From positions 1,760,001-1,824,000 of the forward strand of contig CAWJMB010000002.1 in NCBI GenBank assembly GCA_963843845.1: a DNA stretch of 64,000 bases. The letters run 5' to 3'. The notes beneath the pieces are model-generated. The model made no database searches. It was not told the origin of the DNA and saw nothing but the letters and a program-made list of their open reading frames with translations. Of the stretch, positions 12,750 through 23,900 are shown piece after piece. Source of the DNA: an uncultured Gemmatimonadaceae bacterium (GTDB lineage: Bacteria > Gemmatimonadota > Gemmatimonadetes > Gemmatimonadales > Gemmatimonadaceae). A program made the translations under genes and the position numbers. The first letter of the stretch is position 1; every line of letters begins with the position of its first letter.

Positions 12750-12816
12750 TGTATATCAGACGCTGAGTCGGCCGCGATCGTTGCGCGCGCGGCCAGTGGC
12801 CGATACGTACTCCGCC

Positions 12817-14196
12817 ATGCACCCCACGATCCGTTCGCTCGCGCCCGCCGTCGCGGCTGCGTCGGCGCTCGCCGCATGTGGGCGCGGCGCGGGGAAGCCT
12901 CCCGCGTCGCTCACGACCGCCGCGCTGCCGGTGAGCGAGCCGGCGACGATCGTCCTTCCCATCACGATCCCCATGCGCAGCGTGCGGGCGCAGCTCGAGC
13001 GCGCGATTCCCCGCGCCGACAGCGTCGACCGCGCGCGCTGTGCGTCGCTCGCGGGGGCGATCTGCCACCAGTACGTCTTCCGCCGCGACTCGATCGCGCT
13101 CACAGTCGTCGGCGATCGGGTCGCCATGCTCGCCGCGCTCCGCTATCGCGGCCGCGTGTCGCTCCCGACCGGCGGCAGCGTCGGGAGCTGCGGCTACGCA
13201 CCCGAGCCGATGCGCCGCGCCGAGCTGCGCTTCGCGACGACGATGTACTGGACGACCGCGTGGCGCCTCGCATCGCGCAACACGTCGCTCACCACGACGC
13301 TCCCGGACCGGTGCGAGGTGACGCTGCTCCGGGTGGACGCGACGCCGCTCATGCGACGCCTGGCGGAGGCCCAGCTCGCGCGCGCCGTGCAGTCGGTCGA
13401 CTCGGCGCTCCCGACGCTGATCGATCTGCGTCGGCCGGCCGACTCGCTCTGGCGCGCGATGCAGCGGCCGATGGCGCTCGATGCGGCCAACTCGGTCTGG
13501 CTCGTCATGAGCCCAGAGGCGATCGGTCTCGCGCCGGTGGTCGGATCCGGCGCGACGATCCGGAGCGGCCTCACGCTGATCGCGCGCCCTCGTGTGGTGA
13601 GCGGCGCGCGGCCCGACGTCGCCGTGCGGCCGCTTCCTCCGCTCTCGATCGCGCCGGCGGGGGCGGGGCTGCGCGTTCCCGTGCAGCTCGAGCTGCCCTT
13701 CGCCGACGTGAGCCGCCGCGCGACCGACGCGCTCGTCGCCGAGACGGCGCGCGAGCCAGTCAGCGTGTCGCGCGTCGACGTGAGTGGCGCGGGAGACTCG
13801 GCGATCGTGCGCATCGAGCTGCACGGACGGCTGAACGGGACGCTGACGATGGCCGCCCGTCCGCGGTTCGAGATCGCCAGTCGCACGCTCGTGTTCGACG
13901 ACCTTCAGTACACGATCGCGAGTCGCGACCTGCTCACCCGCATGAAGGCCACCCTCGGCGCGCCGCTCATTCGTCGCGCGATCGAGCGGGCGACGAGCGG
14001 CGGCCGCGTCGCGTTAGGCACGCAGCTCGACTCGGCGCGCTACCAGCTCGACCGGCAGCTGAACCGGCCGCTGTCGCCCGACCTGCTCGTCGGCGGGGGC
14101 GTGAGGGCGCTGCGGGTGACCGGGCTGCACATGACGCCGACCGCGTTCGTCGTCCGGGTGCTGCTCGAGGGCGAGGCCGGGCTCTGGGCGCGCTGA
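12817..14196 (+). CDS. DUF4403-like lipoprotein
   Basis: lipobox ALAAC; beta-rich; SCG..P.RR, W..MQRP...VWL...P pattern typical of DUF4403. Confidence 0.6.
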   Translation: MHPTIRSLAPAVAAASALAACGRGAGKPPASLTTAALPVSEPATIVLPITIPMRSVRAQLERAIPRADSVDRARCASLAGAICHQYVFRRDSIALTVVGDRVAMLAALRYRGRVSLPTGGSVGSCGYAPEPMRRAELRFATTMYWTTAWRLASRNTSLTTTLPDRCEVTLLRVDATPLMRRLAEAQLARAVQSVDSALPTLIDLRRPADSLWRAMQRPMALDAANSVWLVMSPEAIGLAPVVGSGATIRSGLTLIARPRVVSGARPDVAVRPLPPLSIAPAGAGLRVPVQLELPFADVSRRATDALVAETAREPVSVSRVDVSGAGDSAIVRIELHGRLNGTLTMAARPRFEIASRTLVFDDLQYTIASRDLLTRMKATLGAPLIRRAIERATSGGRVALGTQLDSARYQLDRQLNRPLSPDLLVGGGVRALRVTGLHMTPTAFVVRVLLEGEAGLWAR

Positions 14197-14216
14197 GCCG
14201 CCGGCACCGGGACGCC

Positions 14217-14255
14217 AGAAGCCCCTCACCGACCCGTCGTCGGTGAGGGGCTTCT
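14217..14255. terminator. hairpin between convergent transcripts (possibly bidirectional terminator)
   Basis: AGAAGCCCCTCACCGAC-ccgtc-GTCGGTGAGGGGCTTCT perfect 17-bp stem. Confidence 0.75.
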
Positions 14256-14440
14256 CGCATGGCCGACTTCGAGGCGAGCGCCTCGACCCGCACCACGCTC
14301 CGGCTTCCGAATCCACGGACACCGGCGGCAGCGCCAGCTGTTACCGGACGCTACCGGTGACCTTGGACGTACGGGAAGACGTAGACAAAGGATCACCTCC
14401 TTGATGCGGGTTCGACATAGTCCGAGGACTGGGGACAGAC
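14217..14440 (-). ncRNA. candidate structured small RNA carrying a 15-aa sORF (14388-14341, MSTSSRTSKVTGSVR)
   Basis: AAGGAGGTGATCC then TTG start; enclosing stem 14283-14295/14402-14415; terminal hairpin; possible -10 TATTTT near 14449-14454. Confidence 0.45.
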
Positions 14441-14570
14441 AGCGACGGAAAATACACAGTGCACCCGGGCGTGTTCCACCGTGTTCTTCGCCGTCGGCGC
14501 TTGCCCGAATCGCGCCCGCCGCACACCGTTCGGGGTTCGCTCTCCTCGCCGCACCCATTCCTTCCCTCGC

Positions 14571-16770
14571 ATGCGCCCAGCCTTCGCGATCTCACTCGTC
14601 ACGCTTGCCACGCTGCCGCTCGCCGCGGGCGCGCAGCCGGCCAAGCGCGCGTTCGCGCTCGCCGACTGGTACAAGGTCACCACCGTCGGCTCGCCGAGCG
14701 TGTCGCCAGACGGCAAGCGCGTCGCGTTCACCGTCACGACGGTGCGCGAGGCGGAGAACAAGCGCCACACCGAGGTGTGGGTGGCGCCGATCGCCGGCGG
14801 TGGCGAGCCGATGCGGATGACGTCGCCGAGCACGGAGAGCACGAATCCGCGCTGGTCGGCGGACGGCAGGTATCTGTTCTTCAGCTCGACCCGACCGAAC
14901 GTGCGCGGGAACACGTAGCGCCTGCGCATGGACGGTCCGGGCGGCGAGGCCGAGGCCGTCGAGGGCATGCAGCCGACGAGCTGGTCGCGCGACGGCCGCG
15001 TGCTGGTGTTCGGCGACACGTCGAGCGGCGCGGCGCGCGACTCGACGGCGCGCGACCCGTTCGCCCGCATGCAGCCGATGGCACGCCCGCCATTCGGCGC
15101 GATCACGCGCCCGGCCGACCCGACGCGCTTCGACGGCCGGCACGTCGTCGACATGGGCTACAAGTCGAACGACCGCGGCTACGTGCCCAACCGCCGCGAG
15201 GCGCGGCGCTACGACGCGTCGCAGATCTGGGTGCAGGTCGGCGGCGCTCCGCGGACGCAGATCACGACGGCGACGTTACTCGAAGCGCGGCGTCGACGGT
15301 CTCGCCCGGACGGGAAGTGGGTCGCCTTCCTCGCCGACGCGCAGCTGCGCCCCGACTCGGTCGTCGAGGCAGAGCGCGATTCGCTCGCGTAGCTGCCGTA
15401 CGACGCGACGCGTGACGAGGCGCGACGCAACGACGCCGATCTGTTCGTCGTGCCCGCCGACCGGCGGCGAGCCGCGGCTGCGTCGCGAAGTACGCTGGGC
15501 GCCGAGAGCGACCTCGTCGTGGTCGCCGGACTCGCAAGCGCATCGCGTTCGTCGGCCGCCCGTCGCGCACCAAGTCGTCGCGCCTCTACGTCGTCGACGT
15601 CGGCGCGACGCCCGCGACGCCGACCGAGCTGTTCGGCGCCTGGCAGTACGAGCCGGACGCGATCGACTGGCTCCCGAACGGCGACGCTGTCGATGACCGC
15701 GTCGGTCGGCGGGCGCTCGGCGATGTTCACCGTCTCGACCTCGACGAAGAAGCATGACGGAGAGTGTTCGGCGGGCGGCGCCAGATCCGCGGCGCGTCGT
15801 ACGACGACGCGAGCGCCGTCGTCGCGTACGTCGCGACCGACATGACGAAGCCGACGGAGCTCTACGTCGCCGACACCGACGGACGCAACGAGCGGCGTCT
15901 CACCCACTTCAACGACGCGCTCAACGCGCGAGGTCGCGTGGAGCGACGCCGAGCGCTTCACCTACCCGAGCGTCGGCGGGCTCGAGATCGAGGGCTGGCT
16001 GATGAAGCCGTACGGCTACCAGCCGGGCAAGAAGTATCCGGTGGTGCTCTACATCCACGGCGGTCCGCACTCGCGAGTACGGCGAAGGGTGGTTCGACGA
16101 GTTCCAGAACCTCGCGGCGCAGGGAATGTACGTGCTGTTCACGAACCCGCGCGGCTCGAGCGGCTACGGCGCGGACTTCACCTACTCGCACGCGCGGCCG
16201 GTGGGGCGCCGAGGACTACGAGGACCTCATGAAGGCGACGGACATCGCGGCGAAGCGGGCCGACGTGGACTCGACGCGCATGGGCGTCACGGGCGGCTCG
16301 TACGGCGGCTTCATGACGGCGTGGATCACGACGAAGACGAACCGCTTCACGCGCGGCACAGACCGACCGCATGATCACCGACTGGACGTACTGGTACGGC
16401 GCGTCCGACGCGCAGGGGCTCACGGAGTTCGAGTTCTACGGCAAGCCGTGGGACAACTTGGCGATGTACGACACGCTCTCGCCGATCCGCTACGTGTACG
16501 AAGGTGCGGACGCCGACGCTGATCGTGCAGAGCGAGGAGGACTTCCGCACGCCGATGGGCAGCGCCGAGATGTGGTTCATGGCGCTCAAGAAGCAGGGCG
16601 TGCCGGTGGAGCTGGTGCGCTACCCGCGCTCGACGCACGAGCTCTCGCGCACCGGTGAGCCGTGGCTGCTCGTCGACCGGCTCGGGCGGCTGCGGCAGTG
16701 GTTCGGCTACTGGCTGCAGGATCAACGCGCGGCAGCCACGACCGCGGCGGCAGGCGGGACGCGAGACTGA
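14571..16770 (+). CDS. S9 (prolyl oligopeptidase-like) secreted peptidase; many indels and two in-frame TAGs in this consensus
   Basis: signal peptide, SPDGK/WSADG propeller repeats, KYPVVLYIHGGPH, NPRGSSGYG, GGSYGG nucleophile, EEDFRTP, RYPRSTHEL. Confidence 0.88.
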
Positions 16771-16775
16771 CTGCC

Positions 16776-18176
16776 GTGGCGGTGACGATCTCGGATCGCG
16801 ACGCGGCGCCGGAGCAGGACCCCGGCGCCGCGTCCGCACATACGCCCCCGCTCACCCTCACCGACGCACGGCTCGACACCGTCGTCAGTGCGGCCTGGGA
16901 GCTCGAGCTCGTGATCGCCGGCGGCGTCACGTTCGCGCTGTTTCAGTTGCCGGGATCGCTCGAGAACGCGCGGTCGTGGCTGAACACGCGGGCGACGAGC
17001 ATCCCGGCGGTCGTGGTCGAGATGGCGTTCGTCTACATCAAGATCACAGTGTACGTCCTGCTCGGCGCGTTCCTGCTGAACCTCACGGCGCGGGCCTACT
17101 GGGTCGGACTCGTCGGGTTGCACTCGGTCTTCCCGCGCGGGATCGACTGGGAGAAGCAGCGCATGGGACCGGCGTCGCGCGACGTGTACCGCGAACGCCT
17201 GCCGTCGCTCCCGGCCGTCATCGGGCGGGTCGACAACTTCGCGAGCATCATCTTCTCGTTCGCGTTCCTGATCGTGATCGTCGTGATCTTCTCGCTCGCG
17301 TCGGTCGGCGTCTTCGGCGGCGTCGCATGGGGCGTGAACGCGGTCTTCTTCGGCGGACGCAGCGTCGTCTCCTTCCCGATGGTCGCCGTGGTGCTCGCGC
17401 TCCCCCTGGCGACGTTAGGCATCGTCGACAAGACGTTGGGTCCGCGCTGGCCCGCCGACAGCGTCGCGGGGCGCCGCCTCCGACGACTGGTGCGGGTCGT
17501 CTCGACGATGAACGGCGCGTCGATTTTCGGGCCGATCCTCCTGACGCTGTTCACGAACCTTCGGCGGGGCGTGATGAGCGCGCTCTTCTACGCCACCTTC
17601 TTCGCCGCGTGTGCGCTCGGGGTGGCCGAGCTCTTCCTGCGACTCGGGATCGTCGCGGCGGGCTCGCCCCGCTACGTGCCCGACAACGCAGAGGTGCGCG
17701 GCGTGGTGGCCGACTACTACGAGTCGCTGCGCGGGGCCGACTCGCCGCCCGCCGTGCCGACGATCCAGTCCGATCTCGTCGACGGGCCGTACATCCGCCT
17801 CTTCATCCCGTACATCGTGCCGCGCCACGATCCGGCGCTCGCGAGAGGCTGTGCCGGTGCGCGCCCGCTCCGAACGACGCGCATTCATCTTCGGGCACGC
17901 ACGGACGACCTGACGGCGGCGGGGCTGAGCGCCGATACCGTGCTGCAGTGCCTCGTCCGGATGCACGCCATCACGCTCGACGGCGTCGCGCGCCCCGACG
18001 TGCCGCTGCGCTTCTACACCCACCCCGGCACCGGGCAGCGCGGGATGCTCGCCTACATCCCGACCGCGCCGCTCGCCGCGGGCGCCCACATGCTGACCGT
18101 GATGCCGCCCCCGCGCACGCCGACGAGCAGCAATCCGAACCCCCTGACCCCGTACCTGATCCCGTTCCAGCGGTAG
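16776..18176 (+). CDS. hypothetical multi-pass membrane protein
   Basis: AWELELVIAG, RAYWVGLVGLHSVFPRGIDW, several TM segments, soluble C-terminal domain. Confidence 0.75.
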   Translation: MAVTISDRDAAPEQDPGAASAHTPPLTLTDARLDTVVSAAWELELVIAGGVTFALFQLPGSLENARSWLNTRATSIPAVVVEMAFVYIKITVYVLLGAFLLNLTARAYWVGLVGLHSVFPRGIDWEKQRMGPASRDVYRERLPSLPAVIGRVDNFASIIFSFAFLIVIVVIFSLASVGVFGGVAWGVNAVFFGGRSVVSFPMVAVVLALPLATLGIVDKTLGPRWPADSVAGRRLRRLVRVVSTMNGASIFGPILLTLFTNLRRGVMSALFYATFFAACALGVAELFLRLGIVAAGSPRYVPDNAEVRGVVADYYESLRGADSPPAVPTIQSDLVDGPYIRLFIPYIVPRHDPALARGCAGARPLRTTRIHLRARTDDLTAAGLSADTVLQCLVRMHAITLDGVARPDVPLRFYTHPGTGQRGMLAYIPTAPLAAGAHMLTVMPPPRTPTSSNPNPLTPYLIPFQR

Positions 18177-18201
18177 CGGCGCGTCGACCCGCCTCTACGT
18201 G

Positions 18202-20124
18202 TCAGGCCGCCGCCGACAGCGACTGCGCGCAGACGACGCCGTGCGACCTCGCGATCCGCACGACCTCGTCGGCCGAGATCACGTCCTTCGCGAGCAATGC
18301 GTCGGCGACGGCCTGCACCGCGTCGCGGTGCTCACGCACGAGCGACTCGGCGCGGTCGGCCTGGGCGCGGATCAGCCCGCGTACGGCGCCGTCGATCTGA
18401 CCCATGAGCTGCGAGCTCGCCTGCCCGTTCGGCGACGAGGCGTCGGCGCTGATGAGCCCGACCTCGTCGCTCATCCCGAAGTCCGCGACCATGCGCCTCG
18501 CGACGTTCGTGGCTTGCACGAGGTCTCCGCCCGCGCCCGACGTCACCGCGTCGTCGCCGAAGAACACGACCTCGGCGGCGCGCCCGCCCAACGCTTTGGC
18601 GATGACGCCGAGCAGGTACCGGCGCGTGTGGAGGTGGCGGTCGACGTCGGGGGCGAAATGCGCCGCGCCCAACGATCGGCCGCGCGCCTCGATCGTCACC
18701 TTGTGCAGCTTGTCCTCCGGACACGCGATCAGGCCGACGATCGCGTGGCCGGCCTCGTGGAGCGCGACGAGCCGGCGCTCCTCGTCGCTCACCGTGACGC
18801 CGGCGCGCACGCGGCCGAGGAGGATCTTGTCGCGCGCCTGTTCGATGTGCGCGTTCGTGACCTCGGCCGACTCGTCATGGACGGCGATGATCGCCGCCTC
18901 GTTCAGCAGGTTCGCCAGCTCCGCGCCGGAGTGGCCGACGGTGAGGGCGGCGAGCCGCTCGAGGTTCACGTCGGCGGCGAGCTTCGACGACTTCGCGTGG
19001 ATCTTCAGGATCTCGATGCGGTCCGCCGTCGTCGGGAGCGCGACTTCGACGACACGGTCGAAGCGTCCGGGGCGGCGGACCGCCGGGTCGAGCATGTCCT
19101 CGCGGTTCGTCGCCGCCATCCAGACGATCCCTTCGCTGCCGACCATCCCGTCCATCTCGACGAGCAGCTGGTTCAGCGTGACCTCTTCCTCCCCCGAGCG
19201 GTTCGGCCGGCCGCGGCGCCCGCCCAACGAATCGAACTCGTCGATGAACACGATGCAGGGCGCGGCCTCGCGCGCCTGCTTCGCGAGCTGACGCACGCGC
19301 TTGGAGCCGACGCCGACGTACATCTCGTTGAAGTCCGAGCCCGCGGCCTGGATGACCGAGACGCCCGCCTCGCCGGCGACGGCGCGGGCCAGCAGCGTCT
19401 TGCCGGTGCCGGGCGGGCCGACGAGCAGGATGCCCTTGGGGCACTTGGCTCCCATCGCCCGAAAGCGATCCGGATGCTTGAGGTACGCGATGACGTCGCG
19501 GAGATCCGCCTGCGCCTCGCGGGCACCGCCGACGTCGTTCAGCGTGAGCCGGCGCGACGCCGGGGTCGTCGTGAAGCGCGCGCGGGCGGCGCCGCCGCGC
19601 GTTCGCACGACGGTGAAGCCGATGACGCCGACGAGCAGCAGGAAGCTGAGGAGCTGCAGGAGCTGCTCGGACGTCATTCCGTCCGACTCCCGGACGTGCA
19701 CGCGCGCCCCCGTCTGCCCCCACCGCTCCAGGATCTCGACCGAGACGCCGCGCGGCGGAACGTTCGCGGCGACACGGCTCGCGACCTTCAGGCCGACGAG
19801 CTGCTTCGCCTTCAGCGTGGCGACGACGCGGTCGGTGCCTTCGTCGACCATGATGTCGGCGACGTCACCTGCCGTGATCGCCGCAGACAGCTCCGAGAAC
19901 GCGACCATCGGGATCGTCTCCGCCGGGGCATGGAGCATCCGCCAGGCGATCGTTCCCGCGACCGCGATCGCGACGACGAGCGCGATGGGCCAGTACCGCA
20001 CCGGTCCGCCGCTTCGTGCGAGCAGGCTGAAATTCGCGCGCGTTCGGAAGTTGCGGCGTTCCTTCGTTGGAGACTCGGGCTGCTGCGTCGAGCGGAGGAC
20101 GGACGGCAGACGGAAAGGGGGCAT
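18202..20124 (-). CDS. FtsH-family ATP-dependent zinc metalloprotease, paralog
   Basis: two TM segments, [36 protein letters not shown]. Confidence 0.93.
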   Translation of the reverse strand: MPPFRLPSVLRSTQQPESPTKERRNFRTRANFSLLARSGGPVRYWPIALVVAIAVAGTIAWRMLHAPAETIPMVAFSELSAAITAGDVADIMVDEGTDRVVATLKAKQLVGLKVASRVAANVPPRGVSVEILERWGQTGARVHVRESDGMTSEQLLQLLSFLLLVGVIGFTVVRTRGGAARARFTTTPASRRLTLNDVGGAREAQADLRDVIAYLKHPDRFRAMGAKCPKGILLVGPPGTGKTLLARAVAGEAGVSVIQAAGSDFNEMYVGVGSKRVRQLAKQAREAAPCIVFIDEFDSLGGRRGRPNRSGEEEVTLNQLLVEMDGMVGSEGIVWMAATNREDMLDPAVRRPGRFDRVVEVALPTTADRIEILKIHAKSSKLAADVNLERLAALTVGHSGAELANLLNEAAIIAVHDESAEVTNAHIEQARDKILLGRVRAGVTVSDEERRLVALHEAGHAIVGLIACPEDKLHKVTIEARGRSLGAAHFAPDVDRHLHTRRYLLGVIAKALGGRAAEVVFFGDDAVTSGAGGDLVQATNVARRMVADFGMSDEVGLISADASSPNGQASSQLMGQIDGAVRGLIRAQADRAESLVREHRDAVQAVADALLAKDVISADEVVRIARSHGVVCAQSLSAAA

Positions 20125-20378
20125 ACTGAGGACGATGGCGGGATCGGCCACGCGCGGGGGCGCGGCGCGGCCGAGGGCGAGCGGCACTTCGCAGACGACG
20201 GGCGGGAAACGGCTGTAACACCCGCTCCGGCGACGCGATCGCGCTGCACCGAACTACGTCGCGGCCAGACAAAGGTTCCCACGGTCAGGGCCACCGGACC
20301 GTGCGATCGCTCAGTGTAGCGCCCGCCCAACGCTCGTTCACCGGCGCTGCTGACGAGGCGGCGCCGAAAGCTGGTCGA

Positions 20379-20918
20379 TCAGTCAGCGACCGCCGCGGCC
20401 GACTCCGCCAGCGCGAGCACCTCGTGCACGGTCGTGCGGCCGCGGTCACGCGCATACCAGGTGCGAACGTGGCGATAGCGCTCGTCCTTCTCGAGCTGGC
20501 GACCCTCGGTAACCACCCACGCCTGCAGCTCGCGCGGCCTCGGACCCCACCAGGCGCGCTCGACGAACGCCTCGTCGAGCAGGAGCACGATCGGGATCGA
20601 GCGCGACCCGTTCGTGAGGTGCGCGTCCATGAGCTCCGGGTTGTCCTCGCGCCCGACGATTCGCAGGTCGAGGTTCGGCGCGAGTTCGGCGAGGCGCGCG
20701 AGGTGGGGCACGGTATTCACGGCATCGCCGCACCAGTCCTCGACCATGACGAGCAGGTGCCAGCGGCCGCCGATCGCCGTCGCCCGCGCGACCGCGTCGG
20801 ATGGCACGCGGACCAGGCGATACGTGTCGCGCCAGAGCTGCGCGTTCTTGACCGCGCGCTCGAGGAATTCGGCGAAGTGGAGGGCGGACTCGTAGCGAGC
20901 GCGAAGTGGGTCGGGCAT
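20379..20918 (-). CDS. thioredoxin-fold protein (Thioredoxin_9-like, single Cys)
   Basis: EDWCGDA, RED NPELMD.HLTNGSRSIP, WGPRP. Confidence 0.8.
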   Translation of the reverse strand: MPDPLRARYESALHFAEFLERAVKNAQLWRDTYRLVRVPSDAVARATAIGGRWHLLVMVEDWCGDAVNTVPHLARLAELAPNLDLRIVGREDNPELMDAHLTNGSRSIPIVLLLDEAFVERAWWGPRPRELQAWVVTEGRQLEKDERYRHVRTWYARDRGRTTVHEVLALAESAAAVAD

Positions 20919-20965
20919 ATCGGTCGAGGATAGCACGGGAGGTGCCGCGCGCCTCGGAGGCGCGA

Positions 20966-23900
20966 TCAGGGGCGCGCAGCGACGGCGACGTAGAGCTGCG
21001 CGCGCCGGCGTGTCGGACCGTCGAGGGCGTAGCCGACGCCGGCTGTCGCCCGGATCCCGGGAGCGCGCGCGAACGGGACGCTGCCGGTCGTCCAGGTGCG
21101 TTGCGCACCGACGACCGCCAGCCAGGGTGACGCGCGGTCGGGGGCAGGGGCGACGCTCCGGGCGCTCCACAGATACGGCGACAGCACGAAACCCGTGACG
21201 TCGACGCGGGCCATCTCGACACCGCGGCCGGCGATCGTTCCGGTCGGGAGCGCCGGCATCGGCAGCCGCTGACCGAGGAGTGCGGCGTCGAGCAGCCCGG
21301 ATTCCGGTCCGCCGACCGCGAACCGCTCGACCCTGGCGCCGCCGCGCAGCATGCCGCGCGCGTATGCGCCGTGCACGCCGCCGCGCGACCCTGCGAGCGA
21401 CACGTCGCCGGCGACCAGCCAGCGACGGAAGCGATCGCCGTCGCTCGACCCGACGCTCTGCGTGGCGCGAACGGACAGCGTCGCCGTTCGATCACGGCGG
21501 CCTCTGACGATGCCGCCGCCGACGTCGGCGAACGCGATCGTGCGCGTGGAGCGGGTGCGTGCACCTCGCGCGTCGCCGTCGCGGAGCTCCAGCCGACCCG
21601 CGGACGCGCCGATCCGGCCGGTGAGCGTGAAGGGCGCGGCGATCGAGCGATGGGCGAGCGCCAGCAGGGCACCATGGTAACGGAGGTCGGCACGCTCGAC
21701 GGGCGGCGTCGCGGTGGGCGCGCTCGGCGCGCCGAGCGCCATCGCGCGCTCGCCCGACGCGCCTCGTGCCGCGAATCGCGACGTGCCGATGCGCTGCGCC
21801 GCGCCGAACAGTTGCCCTTCGATCGTCGTCGGCAGCACGCGCAGCGCCGCGGAGAGCGCGCCGCCGCGCCAGGTCGCCGGCTCGCCGGCCGCGCCTGTGA
21901 GCACCGTCGTCAGCCGTCCGATCGGATCGCTCGTCGTGAAGGCGCCAGCGACGGTGTGTCCGTCGGCCGAGTACGCGCCGGCCGGGACGAGCGACGCGGC
22001 GCGCCGGCCGAAGCCGTACGATGTGGACGGAGCGAGGAGCGCGAGCGCGAAGGTGTCGGTGCGGGCGGGGGGCCGCCGCGCGACGGCGTTCGCGGCCGCC
22101 TCCGCTCCGGCGCCGGTGGCGACGCGTGTCGTCGGCGCCAGCGCGGCGGACTGGGCGGGGCGCGTCGAGTCGCCGCGCGCGAAGCGGCGCAGATCGAACC
22201 CGGAGCTCCGGAGCGTGAGGGCGTACAGATCGCCGGTCGTTCCGATCGGCTCCGGCGCGAACGCGGCGCCGGTGACGCGCGACCATGTCGTGACGCGGCG
22301 GGTCGTGAGGTCGATCCGTTCGACGTTCGGCACCCCGCTCGCCTCCGACGTGACGAAGAGCGCGTCGCTTCCCGCCGCGAACGCCGGTTCGTAGCGCGAC
22401 GCGCCGTCCTCCGGGGCGATGGCGTGGCGCTCGCCGGGCGCGTCGATCGATCCGACCGTCACGGTCCACCGACCGGTCCGCTGCTCGGCCACGGCGAACC
22501 GGCGACCGTCGTGCGACCAGCGCGGCCGGGCGAACGTGCGATCCGTCGACCCAGCGACGAGGGTTCGCACGACACCGGTCACGAGGTCGACGGCGACGAG
22601 GTCGCACCACCCACGCACGCACCGCGTGGCGATCGCCGAGCGGCCGTCGGGCGACGGATCGGCATCGCGCACGGCGGCGCCCCGCGTCACGCGGCGGAGC
22701 GCGTCGCGCTCGCTGTCCCACGTCCAGAGGTCGGGGCGCAGCGTGCCGTCGGCGAGCGGCTCGTCGCGCTCCACGAGCAGGCGTCGTGCGTCGGCGAACC
22801 ATCGCGGTGCGCGGAACGACCGTCCGTCGCGGGCGGTGAGCGTCGCCAGCGCGCGCTTCGAGGGGGGCAGGTACGGAACGGCGGCGACGTCCTCAGGATC
22901 GAGGCGGCGCTGCCGGTCCCGCGCACGCGCTGCCGCCGCGTCGCGCGCCGAGTCGCGAGGTTCCGGACCCGTGCGCCAGATGACGATGCGCGATGCGCGG
23001 CCCGGCTCGCGCACCTCGAGCGCGACACGCTCGCCGTCGCGCGAGACCGCCGGATCGCCGGTCGCGCCGCGCAGGCGCTGCACGAGCGCTCCCTCGACGA
23101 GTCCCGCGTCGCGCAGGGCGCGCTCTGCGGCGACCGCCTCCGCCGTCACCTGCCCCGACCAGCGTGCGTACAGCTCGGCGGGCGTTCCCGGGAAGACGCC
23201 GGCGAACGCCGCGTCGAACGAGCGCGTCGTTCGCGCCGTCATGCGGCGCCACAGCGCCGGTGCGCTCGAGTCGCCGCGCTGTGCGACGAGCCACTCGAAG
23301 TACGCGGAGCCAGCCAGGTAGGCGAAGCTGCCCGCGGCGAAGCCGCCACCGCCGCTCACGGCCGCGTAGGTCGGCAGACGCCCTTCGATCGCCCACTGGC
23401 GGAGAAACGCCGGGCGCCACACCCCGTAGGGACGCCCGCGTCCGGTGAGCGCCCCTTCGACGTAGGTCGCGTATCCCTCCCACACCCAGCGCGGCGTGTG
23501 TGGGCCGATGGGTCCGACGTTCGTCGGCAGCAGGGACGCGAGCGTTCGCCGCAGCGGATTCCGCGTCGGCCGCGCGAGGTGCGCGACGTGCGCGAACTCG
23601 TGCACCGTCAGCAACTCGGCCCACCGGGCATCCCCCGTCTGATCGCGCGGCGACGCCGGCACGGGCCAGAGGAACACGGCCGGCTCGCGGAGGAACGGGT
23701 AGGCGCTGCCGTTGGCGTCGTTGTATGGGTCCGCGACGAGCACGGTGACGCGGCCGCGCGGCGCCCACCCGACGAGCCGACGCACGGCATCGCGCTGATC
23801 TTCGATCCGCCCGATCGCCGCACGCGTCCATCCCTCGAGCTCGGCAGGGAAATGCGCGACGAAGTGTGGGGTTTCCAGCGTTCGCCAGGCCGCGTGCGGG

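Noticed and set aside
7659..13824. Very long alternative-frame or antisense ORFs (e.g. 7659-10718, 10900-13824, 11445-14246)
   Set aside because: Arg/Ala-rich shadow ORFs expected in high-GC DNA; they overlap well-supported genes
14390..14402. GGATCACCTCCTT as a fragment of a 16S rRNA gene
   Set aside because: The flanks show no other 16S sequence; it is better read as an SD on the minus strand
14217..14440. tmRNA
   Set aside because: No tRNA-Ala-like acceptor/T-arm ends and no ALAA-type tag peptide
14916..15391. Amber recoding (pyrrolysine or alternative genetic code)
   Set aside because: TAG is a normal stop in several genes here (ALDH, ftsL, murF), and the region is error-rich
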